64,000 nucleotides of DNA from assembly GCA_964394855.1 (NCBI GenBank), contig CAYMZD010000003.1, positions 94,041 through 158,040 on the forward strand, in the 5' to 3' direction. Of this stretch, positions 50,288 through 60,536 are shown piece after piece (the stretch's first letter is position 1; each line of letters opens with the position of its first letter). The stretch comes from an uncultured Gammaproteobacteria bacterium (GTDB lineage: Bacteria > Patescibacteriota > Microgenomatia > Daviesbacterales > UBA10151). The notes beneath the pieces were generated by a model. It saw nothing but the letters and a program-made list of their open reading frames with translations. It was not told the DNA's origin and ran no database searches. Position numbers and translations under genes: made by a program.

Positions 50288-51968
50288 TTTTTCTTGATTT
50301 AGCCAATATTAAAAGCAACATAAACGAAAAAAGGGACAGAGCTGATATGGTGTTTCCCACAGTCCTAATTGTGGTGTTTTCAAATTTTAACTTAATTTGC
50401 TTTTGTCCTTTATCAAGTCTTAAAGTTATTAACCCTAAATCGTCACTAGGGTATAAATTTACTTTTTTTGATTCCACAAAAGCTGTCCAACCCGGAAAAT
50501 AAACTATTGGAATCTGCAAAGTTGCATTCTCTGATTGGATATTTATATCATATGTAGCTTTGTTACTTCTTTTTTCAATAAGTTTACCTGATCCGCTCCC
50601 AGCAGTTACAATAGGATCGCTTGGAGCCAAGCCAATTGGCAAAACCTTGGCTGTTTTGGGCCAGAAATCGTAGATATGCGCAGAAGATACTTGCCAAATA
50701 TAAGTGCTACCACTAAATTGATCTTTATCGGAAAACTTAAACCATAAATCCTCGAAGAAAAAGCCGGTATTTAGGGCGATTAAGATCGCAGCAACAACAG
50801 CTAAACTTACTACCCTTACCATATCTTTCACCGCCAATATGTATAGTGCTCCTACGCTTACTGCAAACGCAAATACAGCTGATCCTAAAAATCGCCAAGG
50901 AAATTGAATATAGGCCATAGCTGGTAGGGTTGTCCATATAAAAGTTGACTTATTATGAGTTAAAAAGAGTGCTATCCATCCTAAAGCAAAAAACACAAAA
51001 AATGGAGCCGCACCCTTAAATTTCCTTCTAGCTGTGATTAAAATTAGTATCAGGATGGGTAATATCCATTGAACTTGACCAACCGATAAACTTAATCTAT
51101 CATCATCTCCCCAAAGAGATGCTCCATAACCCCAATACCTGGAAATTAAAAGTTGCTTTAATGTCGTAAAGTGAACACTGAAGTCGTAGTATCCCTGGGT
51201 AGTTTGTCCAACCGAGATTAGATTATTTTCCACTACCACCGGCAAAATATAAAATGCAGTTAGACCAAATGTTAGAAAACCAACTAATACAAATTTGGGG
51301 AGCAAATTCCATGCTCGATTTTGAGTTAAAATAAAGATCGCCCAAATTGCTAAAATTATCAGAAACATTAGCGCAGATAGATTATGAGTTAGGATCAGTG
51401 CGCCGTATGATAATCCAAAAAATAGCAACGAGGAGAGTCTCTTTTTAAAAACATAATCATTAAAAAAATAGATAACAAGAGGAAAAAAGATGAACGCTAA
51501 CGCTTCTGGCAAAGCCCCTCTGACAAAAATATCAACTGCTCGATATGGTGCATAAGTGTAAACTAAACTAGAAGCAAGAGCTGCAAAGTTGTTTTTCCAC
51601 AGCTGCTTACTTAGTAAAAACATGGTTAAAGCGGAAACAACCAAAGAGGCAACAAATAAGGCTTTGATTGAATCTAAAACAGACAGCCCTAAAAGGATAA
51701 AAACCTCGCCAAAAGCATACGGAGCTTGGGCATAATAATTAAACACTGGTTGTCCATATTCGAAGGTAGCATCTTGAGCCCACCTGCAGGGAATTTGTAA
51801 ATCTGCAATACATTTATCATATTCATAAAGTCTAAAAACATGAAAATCATGCATGGAAAAAATCCCAGGACGTAACATCCTCCAAAAAGTAGGAATAATA
51901 AGAACTAAAAGGAGCAAAATTATTAAAAATGTTTTGTTTTTAAGTATTTTCTTAAATATCATCTTCAC
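50280..51968 (-). CDS. Multi-pass membrane protein, second GT-C-like family ('FSMHDFHVF...IPCRW' motif), standalone form
   Basis: 12 or more TM helices; N-terminal region aligns with residues about 270-330 of 51983..54397 ('FPMHDDLQMMRQLVMDKCFRDGQVPCRW'); C-terminal 'KGQKQIKLKFENTTIRTVGNTISALS' tail is conserved. Confidence 0.5.
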   Translation of the reverse strand: MKMIFKKILKNKTFLIILLLLVLIIPTFWRMLRPGIFSMHDFHVFRLYEYDKCIADLQIPCRWAQDATFEYGQPVFNYYAQAPYAFGEVFILLGLSVLDSIKALFVASLVVSALTMFLLSKQLWKNNFAALASSLVYTYAPYRAVDIFVRGALPEALAFIFFPLVIYFFNDYVFKKRLSSLLFFGLSYGALILTHNLSALMFLIILAIWAIFILTQNRAWNLLPKFVLVGFLTFGLTAFYILPVVVENNLISVGQTTQGYYDFSVHFTTLKQLLISRYWGYGASLWGDDDRLSLSVGQVQWILPILILILITARRKFKGAAPFFVFFALGWIALFLTHNKSTFIWTTLPAMAYIQFPWRFLGSAVFAFAVSVGALYILAVKDMVRVVSLAVVAAILIALNTGFFFEDLWFKFSDKDQFSGSTYIWQVSSAHIYDFWPKTAKVLPIGLAPSDPIVTAGSGSGKLIEKRSNKATYDINIQSENATLQIPIVYFPGWTAFVESKKVNLYPSDDLGLITLRLDKGQKQIKLKFENTTIRTVGNTISALSLFSFMLLLILAKSRKNE

Positions 51969-51982
51969 ACCTCCAGGGTGTG

Positions 51983-54397
51983 TTAGGTAGACACCTTGGT
52001 ATTTTTAGCTTTAAACCATCTCAATGCTAATACTGTAAGCATAGCCCATGAAATTAGACTTAATGTATTTCCCAAAGTCCTTATTGGGGTATTTGTTAAT
52101 TTGGCAGACACATTATATTCACCTTCTTTTAATTTTATAAGGGGCCTGCCCAGCTCTTTATCTAAATCTTTTTCAGGATTAACCACCACTTCCATACCAT
52201 TAACAAAATATTTCCAGCCGGGAAAGTAAAAGGTATTTATTTGGAATATCCCATCCTTTTCCATTTTGACTTTATATTCCTGTCTAATACTATTTTTAAA
52301 CTGTGTTTTTATAACTCCATGACCAGCTATAATTTCCCCATCTCCTTTGGGTGGATCTGGCGGTGGTAATGGTGCCCAAATGGGCAAATAATCAAAAATA
52401 CCGGAAGTTATCTGCAACCGCCAAAGTTCCCCTGAAAACTTATATGAATCATTAACCCAAGGCCAATGATCTTTCCATTTGAAATAACCAGAATATAGGA
52501 ATATTGCTCCAAAAATTGTGATCACAATTAAAATTTTGCTGACTTTTTTAAATATTCCCCACCGGAAAAGTATTACTATGGAACCAGCTAAAAATGATGT
52601 CCCAAAAATAGACAAAGATAAAAATCTCCAGGGAAACTGCAGAAATTGCAAGCTTGGTATAGCCGACCAAATAAAAGAGGAGTTTTGGTGAGTCATAAAA
52701 GTATAAAAGGTGGTTACACCTAGAAACATCAAAAGCATTAGAGAAATAGCTGGTTTTTTCTTGGCCAGATAAAGTGCCACCAAAAGCGATAACAGTGCCA
52801 AAATCCAGTGCAAATGCCCTACTTGAAAACTGATATCATCGATAGGTCCAAAACGAGAATCTCCATATCCCCAAAACCTACTAATAAAAAGCTGGTTTAA
52901 AGTAGCAAAATGAGCCAGATAATTAAAATAGCCAATCACCAGTGTTTCAAGATGAGCATATTTTTGTTCAAAAATCACTGGCAGTGTAAAAAAAGCTGAT
53001 AGTCCCACAGCCCATCCCCCACCCACTAACAATTTTCCCAGGCTATGGATATTCTTAACTTTAACCAGCCAAAATAGTGCCCACAAAGCGGCAAATGGCG
53101 CAAAAATCATCAACATGGGGTTATGTGATAGCATCAAAAAACCACTAAAAAGAGCTAAAAATGGCACATAAAACCACTTGTTTTCAGTGATAAGTTTATA
53201 GATTGCCCAAAAAATTGCTGGAAAAAAGGTTAAAGCCCAAGCCTCATTGATGGCACCCCTAGCATAAATATCAACGCCGTGATAAGGAGCATAAATATAA
53301 AAAATACCAGCAATTACCCCACCCCATTTACCCCAAAACTGCTTGGCTAAAAGATACATCAACAGCCCAGAAATAATAAAATTTAAAATTACAAGTATTT
53401 TGACTGTGTCATTAAAAGCAATCCCAAGAAAGTGGATGAGCTGCCCAAAATAATAGGGAAGTGGGGGATAATAATTAAATAGGGGATAGCCATAACCATA
53501 GCCTAAATCCAAAGACCAACGGCAAGGCACTTGTCCATCCCTAAAACATTTATCCATCACCAACTGCCTCATCATCTGTAAATCATCATGCATGGGAAAA
53601 TATCCCCCCGCAATACTATCTTTAAAAGCAGGAAAGGATAAAATAATAAGTAAAATTATTGGTAAAAAATAATTTTTAGAACTCAATGGTAAATCGCAGT
53701 ATCTTATCATTACCACATCTCTTAACATTTTCCAGGGTTCACTAGCAGCCAACTTATTGGATAAATGATACTTCCATAAAACTGGAATTGATACTATCTT
53801 ATATTCTTTTTTTCTTGCCAAATACAGAATTTCAACATCAAAAGCCCCTTTATAATTTCCTTTCTCTTCTCTTTTAGTAAGCGCCAAATTTTTGAATAAC
53901 TCCTTTCCGATTCTATTTTTAAATGCCTTAAAACCGCATTGTGTATCTGGTATTCCGGGAAGAGCAATTACTTGCACCAAAAAATTAAAAATTTTACTTC
54001 GAAGGTTTTTGTAAAATGACCAACCCTGAATTTGGGTTTTTTTAGCAATAACAATATCTGCTCCATTCTCAATTTCTTTGAAGACATTTTCCACCTGCTG
54101 AATTGGAGTAGATTGATCAAAATCACTAAATAAAATGATCTCCCCTCTAGCCTGTTTTACTCCTGCAGAAACTGCTGCTACTTTCCCACCATGAGGGATA
54201 TCAACCATCTTAAAACCGGAATTTTTTTTAGTAAAATCGTTTAAAAGATTTAGTGTACTATCCATTGAGCCATCATTAACCAAAATCACCTCCCATGAAT
54301 ATTTTTGTTTAGACAAATACTCATTTAATCCATTTAAGGCTCCCCTTTTAAAATTTTGTTCCTCATTATATGCCGGAATAATAACAGAAAGTTTCAT
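51983..54397 (-). CDS. Fusion protein: N-terminal GT2 polyprenyl-phosphate glycosyltransferase domain plus C-terminal multi-pass GT-C-like membrane domain (same family as 50280..51968)
   Basis: 'LSVIIPAYNEEQNF...EVILVNDGSMDST...FDQSTP' GT2 domain (about 250 aa), then a membrane domain homologous to the neighbouring gene. Confidence 0.65.
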   Translation of the reverse strand: MKLSVIIPAYNEEQNFKRGALNGLNEYLSKQKYSWEVILVNDGSMDSTLNLLNDFTKKNSGFKMVDIPHGGKVAAVSAGVKQARGEIILFSDFDQSTPIQQVENVFKEIENGADIVIAKKTQIQGWSFYKNLRSKIFNFLVQVIALPGIPDTQCGFKAFKNRIGKELFKNLALTKREEKGNYKGAFDVEILYLARKKEYKIVSIPVLWKYHLSNKLAASEPWKMLRDVVMIRYCDLPLSSKNYFLPIILLIILSFPAFKDSIAGGYFPMHDDLQMMRQLVMDKCFRDGQVPCRWSLDLGYGYGYPLFNYYPPLPYYFGQLIHFLGIAFNDTVKILVILNFIISGLLMYLLAKQFWGKWGGVIAGIFYIYAPYHGVDIYARGAINEAWALTFFPAIFWAIYKLITENKWFYVPFLALFSGFLMLSHNPMLMIFAPFAALWALFWLVKVKNIHSLGKLLVGGGWAVGLSAFFTLPVIFEQKYAHLETLVIGYFNYLAHFATLNQLFISRFWGYGDSRFGPIDDISFQVGHLHWILALLSLLVALYLAKKKPAISLMLLMFLGVTTFYTFMTHQNSSFIWSAIPSLQFLQFPWRFLSLSIFGTSFLAGSIVILFRWGIFKKVSKILIVITIFGAIFLYSGYFKWKDHWPWVNDSYKFSGELWRLQITSGIFDYLPIWAPLPPPDPPKGDGEIIAGHGVIKTQFKNSIRQEYKVKMEKDGIFQINTFYFPGWKYFVNGMEVVVNPEKDLDKELGRPLIKLKEGEYNVSAKLTNTPIRTLGNTLSLISWAMLTVLALRWFKAKNTKVST

Positions 54398-56043
54398 CGC
54401 TCTTGTTTTGTTGAAATTAATCTATAAATTAGTTTTCCTTTGATATCTTTTACATCCAAGATAGAATCTACATCACTGGGAAAATCTTGTGGTTTAGAAA
54501 CAATTAAAGCATTTGCTCTTTTGCTATCTTTTTTATTCCAATTGATATCTTCAAAATAATATTTACCCAAATTCCAACTTTCCAGTTGATCAACATAAAA
54601 TTTACCGGAGCTTTTATACCTTAACCAATCCTTTGAGGCACTTTGAACAATTTTCGGATCTATTTTTCCATAGAACATCACAAAAATCTGGGGCTCGGTA
54701 AAGACTTTCGATATTACTATCTCCTCATATTGATTTTGTACTTCATTAATTTTCTGAAAAACTTCGGAATAACCATATCTTAAATTATGCGGTGGCTTTT
54801 GGGGTAGCTTGACGATATAAAAATAACCAAATGAAATAAAACTCACTATTAAAATAAATGCCACTGCTACATTTATCTGCATTTCATTAAACCTTATCCA
54901 CCTGCGATTTATTCTCTCCTTTATTAGATTTATCAAAGAAGCTACTCCCAATCCGGAAATAACAGCCGTTAATGGCAAAAATGTGGGAGCTCTATTGGCA
55001 TTCATGGAACCTGTGGCTAAAGAGGCGGCCAGGGGTGAGAGTAAAAACCATAAAACTAATAATTTTTTATGCTGCAGTTTTTGGGTAAAAATAACGTAAC
55101 CAGCAAAGAGCCAAAAAATTAGCTCAATTGGATAAAGTAGCGGGAAATGGGGAAAATTAAGATAGCTTGCATCAGATCTTTGATCGGTAAAAAAGAAGGT
55201 TGGCGAAAAGTAAGATAAATAATTATTTAAAAATTGGTTTCCTAAAAAGTAAATTTTGTTATTAAAGATTCTGTCCAGATTTTGTGGTAGGGGAGTCTCG
55301 TCTTTATTTTTAAAATATCCCTCTATTACCTTGGAACCAGTAATTCCCACATCAACAGCTCTGGCAGCAGAATTTTGTAGATTAAAAATAATTGGCAAAA
55401 TAAAAATTAAAATTAAAATTCCAGGGAAAATATTTATTTTTTTAAATAATTTTTGTCTGTAAAAAAATATAACAGCCAAAATAAAAATCGCCATAAAAAA
55501 TCTAAAAGCATCGTAAGTATAAAGGGTCGCTCCCCAACAAAGTGCTATCCATAGTAGATATTGACCGCTTTTTAACCATTTCAAGAAAAATAGTAACCCT
55601 AAGCTAAAAAATAAAATGCCGGCATTGCCTTCAAAGGCGGTCCTTGAAATTTGAATGTGCCACGGAGAAAGCGCCAGAAGCAAACTAGACCAAAAGGCTA
55701 CTACCTCGTTAAACAATTCCCGCGCCAAAAAGAAAACCATTAGCACTGTCAAAATTCCCAAAATAGCCGCGGGCAATCTAACAGCTTCCACTGTTAACCC
55801 CAAAATGGCCACAAAGGGAACAGTTAAATAAGTATAAAGTGGAGGTTTAAAATCCCCAAATCCTCTGGGGAAAAGTGGCAGGACTTCCCCCCATTCATCT
55901 TGGCCGGTTTTTAAAATTGAATAGGCAAAATAACCTTGCTGGGCCTCATCTCCAGTAAAACCATTAGGAAACTCTGCCAAAAATAAAATTCTGGTTAAAG
56001 AGGCAATTACTAATATGGCAGCTAATAAAAATAATTTTTTCAT
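54394..56043 (-). CDS. GT-C fold glycosyltransferase, PMT_2/GT39-like (paralog 4 of 5)
   Basis: 'GFTGDEAQQGYFAYSILKTGQDEWGEVLPLFPRGFGDFKPPLYTY'. Confidence 0.7.
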   Translation of the reverse strand: MKKLFLLAAILVIASLTRILFLAEFPNGFTGDEAQQGYFAYSILKTGQDEWGEVLPLFPRGFGDFKPPLYTYLTVPFVAILGLTVEAVRLPAAILGILTVLMVFFLARELFNEVVAFWSSLLLALSPWHIQISRTAFEGNAGILFFSLGLLFFLKWLKSGQYLLWIALCWGATLYTYDAFRFFMAIFILAVIFFYRQKLFKKINIFPGILILIFILPIIFNLQNSAARAVDVGITGSKVIEGYFKNKDETPLPQNLDRIFNNKIYFLGNQFLNNYLSYFSPTFFFTDQRSDASYLNFPHFPLLYPIELIFWLFAGYVIFTQKLQHKKLLVLWFLLSPLAASLATGSMNANRAPTFLPLTAVISGLGVASLINLIKERINRRWIRFNEMQINVAVAFILIVSFISFGYFYIVKLPQKPPHNLRYGYSEVFQKINEVQNQYEEIVISKVFTEPQIFVMFYGKIDPKIVQSASKDWLRYKSSGKFYVDQLESWNLGKYYFEDINWNKKDSKRANALIVSKPQDFPSDVDSILDVKDIKGKLIYRLISTKQER

Positions 56044-57668
56044 TTTTGACCAGTTATAAGATAAAAAATTGGTTCATTGGTAGGAGAATAAATAGTTTTT
56101 AATAAACTAATATTGGCATTATTTAAAGTTTCAGGATTAGTAATATCGTCCCTAGCAGATGCTACAAATAAGGTTTTTTTATCCAATATGTTTTCAATTG
56201 GTCCTTGAGGTTTACCAAAATAATATTTGTCCAGGGAAAAACCACTATAATCATCCACCATAAATTCTTGGTGAAATTTTTTAGGGTCGTATTTTGTCCA
56301 AAAAAGAAAGCGAATCAGTGAAGGTTCATATGAATTATTAATTAATACCTTATCGTATCTTTCTTGATTATCTTTCACATATATAAAAGCTTCTTTAAAA
56401 CCGAAGTGCCAAGCTCTCCAGGACTCTAGAGGATAGTGACTAAAATATCTATGTAAATAAAATGTCAAGTTAAAAATAAAAATTAAAAATAAGGCTAAAC
56501 TTACACATCTTATTTTGGGTTTGTTTAAATTATTCAATATGTAATCTATTCCTATTGCCACCAGAACCATTAAAGGAACTAGCATTAAGAAATTTCTGGT
56601 AGCATGAAATCCTCCATCATAAGTTAAACTGGCAGGTATGGGAGCTATTAAAAGCCATCCTAAAACAAAATTCCTCCTCTTTTTCCCCATCTTTAGTAAT
56701 AACCATACACCTATCAGTAAAGGCACTAATTCATAAAAATACATCTGGCCCATTTCATGTATTGAATGCCTTGAGTTAGGATCGCCGTTTAAAAAGAGAA
56801 ATTCCGGAGAAAAAGCCCTCAAATAATTTAGGCTAAAATTTTGCAACCATATAAGAAGCTTATTATGAAAAAATCTTTGCATTTCCAAAGGTAAACGTTC
56901 TGATTTTTGAGCCTGAAACACTTTATCCTGTAAACTTATGTTTGTAAAAATACTAACAACATTAAATCGCTCCCCAGATTTTCCACTCAATGTTTGTATT
57001 CCATATGGAGTAAGGATTAGTGCCATTACAAAAAATGCCACTATAAAAATTTTGATATTTTTTAAAATATCTTCTTTAAAAATGGCTAACAAAATCAAAA
57101 CAAAAAGCGGCAGAAAAACTACTGCAGTACTATAAATATAAGGAGTTAACCCAAAAAGCATAGCAGAAATAAACAGTAAATATCTTTTATCAAAACTTTT
57201 TATAAAAAAGTAGGTGGCAAAAATGATAAATGCTAAAAGCATAGTTACTTCAAAAGAGGCTCTAGAGTAGTGAATATGCCAGGGGGATATTGCTAAAGAA
57301 ATTGAGGCTATTAAAGCAATCTTTTTATTGAACAGTTTTTGGACTAGTAAAAAAACTCCTAAAATTCCCAAAATTCCCCAAAAAACAGCAGGTAATCTTA
57401 CTCCCCATTCATTTAGTCCAAAAATGGCCACAAAGGGCACTGCCGAATAAATAAATAAAGGTGCTCTAAACTCAGAGAGGGAATGAAGCAGTGTTGGCCA
57501 GCTATTACCATAAAGGTCTTGTCCCGAATTTAGCAGAGAATATGCTTGATAGCCGACATCAAGCTCATCTCCAAATAAAGCTGGCGGCACTTTATCAAGA
57601 TTATAAATGCGCAAAAAGATGCTCAATAAAATAATTAGGGCCAAAATGCTAAGGTGTAGCTTTTTCAA
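56040..57668 (-). CDS. GT-C fold glycosyltransferase, PMT_2/GT39-like (paralog 5 of 5, most divergent)
   Basis: 'ALFGDELDVGYQAYSLLNSGQDLYGNSWPTLLHSLSEFRAPLFIY'. Confidence 0.7.
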   Translation of the reverse strand: MKKLHLSILALIILLSIFLRIYNLDKVPPALFGDELDVGYQAYSLLNSGQDLYGNSWPTLLHSLSEFRAPLFIYSAVPFVAIFGLNEWGVRLPAVFWGILGILGVFLLVQKLFNKKIALIASISLAISPWHIHYSRASFEVTMLLAFIIFATYFFIKSFDKRYLLFISAMLFGLTPYIYSTAVVFLPLFVLILLAIFKEDILKNIKIFIVAFFVMALILTPYGIQTLSGKSGERFNVVSIFTNISLQDKVFQAQKSERLPLEMQRFFHNKLLIWLQNFSLNYLRAFSPEFLFLNGDPNSRHSIHEMGQMYFYELVPLLIGVWLLLKMGKKRRNFVLGWLLIAPIPASLTYDGGFHATRNFLMLVPLMVLVAIGIDYILNNLNKPKIRCVSLALFLIFIFNLTFYLHRYFSHYPLESWRAWHFGFKEAFIYVKDNQERYDKVLINNSYEPSLIRFLFWTKYDPKKFHQEFMVDDYSGFSLDKYYFGKPQGPIENILDKKTLFVASARDDITNPETLNNANISLLKTIYSPTNEPIFYLITGQK

Positions 57669-57685
57669 TCTATCTTTATAATAGC

Positions 57686-58474
57686 TTAGGAAAAGAGTTG
57701 GTGCAATCTGAAAATAAATTGCAAAATCATAAACTTAAAGAAACCGTGGTATTTAATGGCTGACTCCCGATTTAATTTATATTTATCTTTACTAGACTTG
57801 GTTCCGCCCACTAAATGTTTTATGGAAACTTTGGGGAAGTAATAAACTTTTTGACCTATCTCGTGTATTCTTCTGCACAAATCCGCATCCTCATAATACA
57901 AAAAGAATCTCTCATCAAACCCTCCTAAACTATCAAATAAATCTTTTTTAACTAGCATGGCTGCACCGTAAACCATTTCTACCTCCACCGCGCTTTCTCT
58001 CACTGGAGCATATTCACTGTAGGCCTTTTTTTCTCCCAAAATATATTCTCTCAAGGCTCCCCAAATTGTGGGTAGTTTTTTGACAGAAGGTTGAATTTTA
58101 CCACCCGGCATAATCAGTCTTGGTGCCACTACTCCCGCATTGCTGTGAGATTTATAAAATGATACTAGCTCTTCTAGAGAAGGATTCATCATTTCCGTAT
58201 CGGGATTTAAGAAAAAAAGGTAATCTCCTTTGGCTTTTTGGGCTGCTTTATTGCTACCTTTAGCAAAACCTAAATTTTCACCTGATTCAATAAGATGGAT
58301 TTTATTACCAAATCTTTTTAAGATTTCAACAGTCCTATCTAATGAAGCATTATCCAAAACAATCACTTCCCCATTTCCGGGCATATTTTTTAGAATGGAT
58401 TCAATACACTTTTTAATAAAATCCTGGCTGTTATAAGAAATAATAATTACTGAAACTAACTTATCTTCTAACAT
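57686..58474 (-). CDS. GT2 family glycosyltransferase
   Basis: 'VSVIIISYNSQDFI...EVIVLDNASLDRT', 'LGFAKGSN', 'FLNPDTEM'. Confidence 0.75.
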   Translation of the reverse strand: MLEDKLVSVIIISYNSQDFIKKCIESILKNMPGNGEVIVLDNASLDRTVEILKRFGNKIHLIESGENLGFAKGSNKAAQKAKGDYLFFLNPDTEMMNPSLEELVSFYKSHSNAGVVAPRLIMPGGKIQPSVKKLPTIWGALREYILGEKKAYSEYAPVRESAVEVEMVYGAAMLVKKDLFDSLGGFDERFFLYYEDADLCRRIHEIGQKVYYFPKVSIKHLVGGTKSSKDKYKLNRESAIKYHGFFKFMILQFIFRLHQLFS

Positions 58475-59327
58475 AATCTATTACCTCTTGATCAGTTAAC
58501 TTCCAATTTATTTCATTTTTCTTTATTTTCTTTTTTTGAGATAAGGCCCAGAGAAATGGAATCCAATAACCCGGGCCCACTCCCCCCAATAATCTTTTAA
58601 TAAGGTTTTTTTTATGTTCATTAATTAATTTTTGATCATAAATATTTTTCCAAATGAAAAGCAATTGATTTCTCTGCTTTACCCAGGAAGTATATTTTGC
58701 AGAAAATGTTTTTTTGATGATAGTTTCATGCTCATGCTTAACTTTTGCTGCTGGCTCCCACAAAATCTCAAAACCAGCCTTAATGGCCCTAAAAGACAGA
58801 TCAACATCTTCCCAGTAAAATGGAGCAAAAATTAAGTCAAATCCCCCCATTTCTTGCCAAATTCTTCTGTTATATGCAGCTGAACCGCCAGAAGCCCATG
58901 AACTCCTGTGGCCTTTTTTACTTTCTTCTCCTCTTCTAAATTCAAAAAATCCATTACTCCAGTAGGCATCAGCCCAACCTTCTCCCTCCTCATGACAATT
59001 AACAGCAAAGACTTTCTTATCTTGAAAGTGTGCAAGAAGTGGTTTCAAAAAATCTTTTTCTACAAAAACATCACTGTTTAAAAGCACTACTATATCCCCT
59101 AAGGCTTCCCTAAATAACTTATTGACAGATGGAATAAAGCCTAGGTTTTTTTGATTAACTAATAATCTCACTTGGGAGAACTCCCTTTTTAAAATTTTTA
59201 TACTATCATCATTTGATCCATCGTCATTCACTAAAACTTCATCGGCACCGCTTGCTAAGATATTGGGTAAATTTTCACGAAGCAAATTCTCACCATTAAA
59301 ATTAGGTATAGCAATTGTAGACTTCAT
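58461..59327 (-). CDS. GT2 family glycosyltransferase
   Basis: 'TIAIPNFNGENLL...EVLVNDDGSNDDS', 'LNSDVFV'. Confidence 0.7.
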   Translation of the reverse strand: MKSTIAIPNFNGENLLRENLPNILASGADEVLVNDDGSNDDSIKILKREFSQVRLLVNQKNLGFIPSVNKLFREALGDIVVLLNSDVFVEKDFLKPLLAHFQDKKVFAVNCHEEGEGWADAYWSNGFFEFRRGEESKKGHRSSWASGGSAAYNRRIWQEMGGFDLIFAPFYWEDVDLSFRAIKAGFEILWEPAAKVKHEHETIIKKTFSAKYTSWVKQRNQLLFIWKNIYDQKLINEHKKNLIKRLLGGVGPGYWIPFLWALSQKKKIKKNEINWKLTDQEVIDYVRR

Positions 59328-59330
59328 TAA

Positions 59331-60536
59331 TTAGACTCTTTTTAATATTCTCCAAGTTAAGAAAACGGATGATGCTGCAAAAATAGTAGCTGCGAAACTT
59401 TTTAAATTAAAAACTTCTTGTGGATGTAAGATTTCCGCCAGTCCAGCAGTTTTATCTAAAAAGGGCAGTAGTGGTGCCAATAATTTAACTTGCAGTGAAC
59501 TATCAAACAAAAATAACATCAAGGTTAAACTTCCAAACAAGATAATACTAGCCAAAGTTGTTCCCTGATCCCAGTGATTTAAAAACCAAAGTAACAGAAG
59601 GGGCATTACCCATAAAAACCACTGGATATGAAAATGGGTAAATGAAAAGGTTAGCAATAATATTGCTATTGAAAAGTTTAAAAAGTCCTGGGAATTACGA
59701 TTTTTGGACAAATATACAAAATATAAAAATGTCAGTAAGGCTACCACAATAAATATAGATTCCCCTCCAGATAGGGGAAGGTTTGCATATAGACTCTTAG
59801 ATAATTGTGGAACAAAAATGGCATTTTCTCTAAAGTCGCGTGAACCTAAATAAGGCACTACAGTTACAACTAATGGTACTAAAGAAATTAAAAATATAAT
59901 TACTTTTTTCCTTAAGCCAGTTTCGAGTCCCAAAAGAAGTGGTAAAAGTAAGAAAGGAGCAGTTTTAATCCCTCCCCCAAGACCAAGAGCTAAGGCCGCT
60001 AAATTAGTCCGTCCTTTTTTTAGGAAAAAATAGCAAAGTGCCAGAAAAAATGCTACATATATATCAATCTGTCCGATGGCAGAAGTTACCCATAGAGTTA
60101 AAGGGTTAACCATCCAGATAAATAACACTTTTTTCTTGTCGGGAGTAGATACCATCCAGGTTAATAAAATCGCTAGAGCAATATCAAAAGCAATCATTGG
60201 AGCTTTGGCATAAGTCAGAAATATCCAAAAACTGCTATCTCCAAATAATTTTTCGCGGTTAATAAAGAAAGTTTTTTCTGTTTTATCAACTACCAATGGC
60301 CGTGCTAAAAGATGAAATGGTAAATTTAAAAAATAACCAAGAGGAAGTTTATCTAAGGTAGCTCCCGGAGAAAGTTCTCCTGCTTTTTCATAGGGATTAA
60401 GGTTCCCCCGCAGATAACTGGCACTAGCCAAAGCATAATAATTTATGTCTGGGTGAAAAGTGAATAAAGCTATAAAAATCCTTAAAATCATTCCCATAAC
60501 TATTAAGACCCAAAAAATTTTAATTTTCATAAACAA
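59331..60536 (-). CDS. Integral membrane protein, GT-C-like (possible mannosyltransferase, 'FTFHPDINYY' motif)
   Basis: 10 or more TM helices; 401 aa. Confidence 0.4.
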   Translation of the reverse strand: MFMKIKIFWVLIVMGMILRIFIALFTFHPDINYYALASASYLRGNLNPYEKAGELSPGATLDKLPLGYFLNLPFHLLARPLVVDKTEKTFFINREKLFGDSSFWIFLTYAKAPMIAFDIALAILLTWMVSTPDKKKVLFIWMVNPLTLWVTSAIGQIDIYVAFFLALCYFFLKKGRTNLAALALGLGGGIKTAPFLLLPLLLGLETGLRKKVIIFLISLVPLVVTVVPYLGSRDFRENAIFVPQLSKSLYANLPLSGGESIFIVVALLTFLYFVYLSKNRNSQDFLNFSIAILLLTFSFTHFHIQWFLWVMPLLLLWFLNHWDQGTTLASIILFGSLTLMLFLFDSSLQVKLLAPLLPFLDKTAGLAEILHPQEVFNLKSFAATIFAASSVFLTWRILKRV

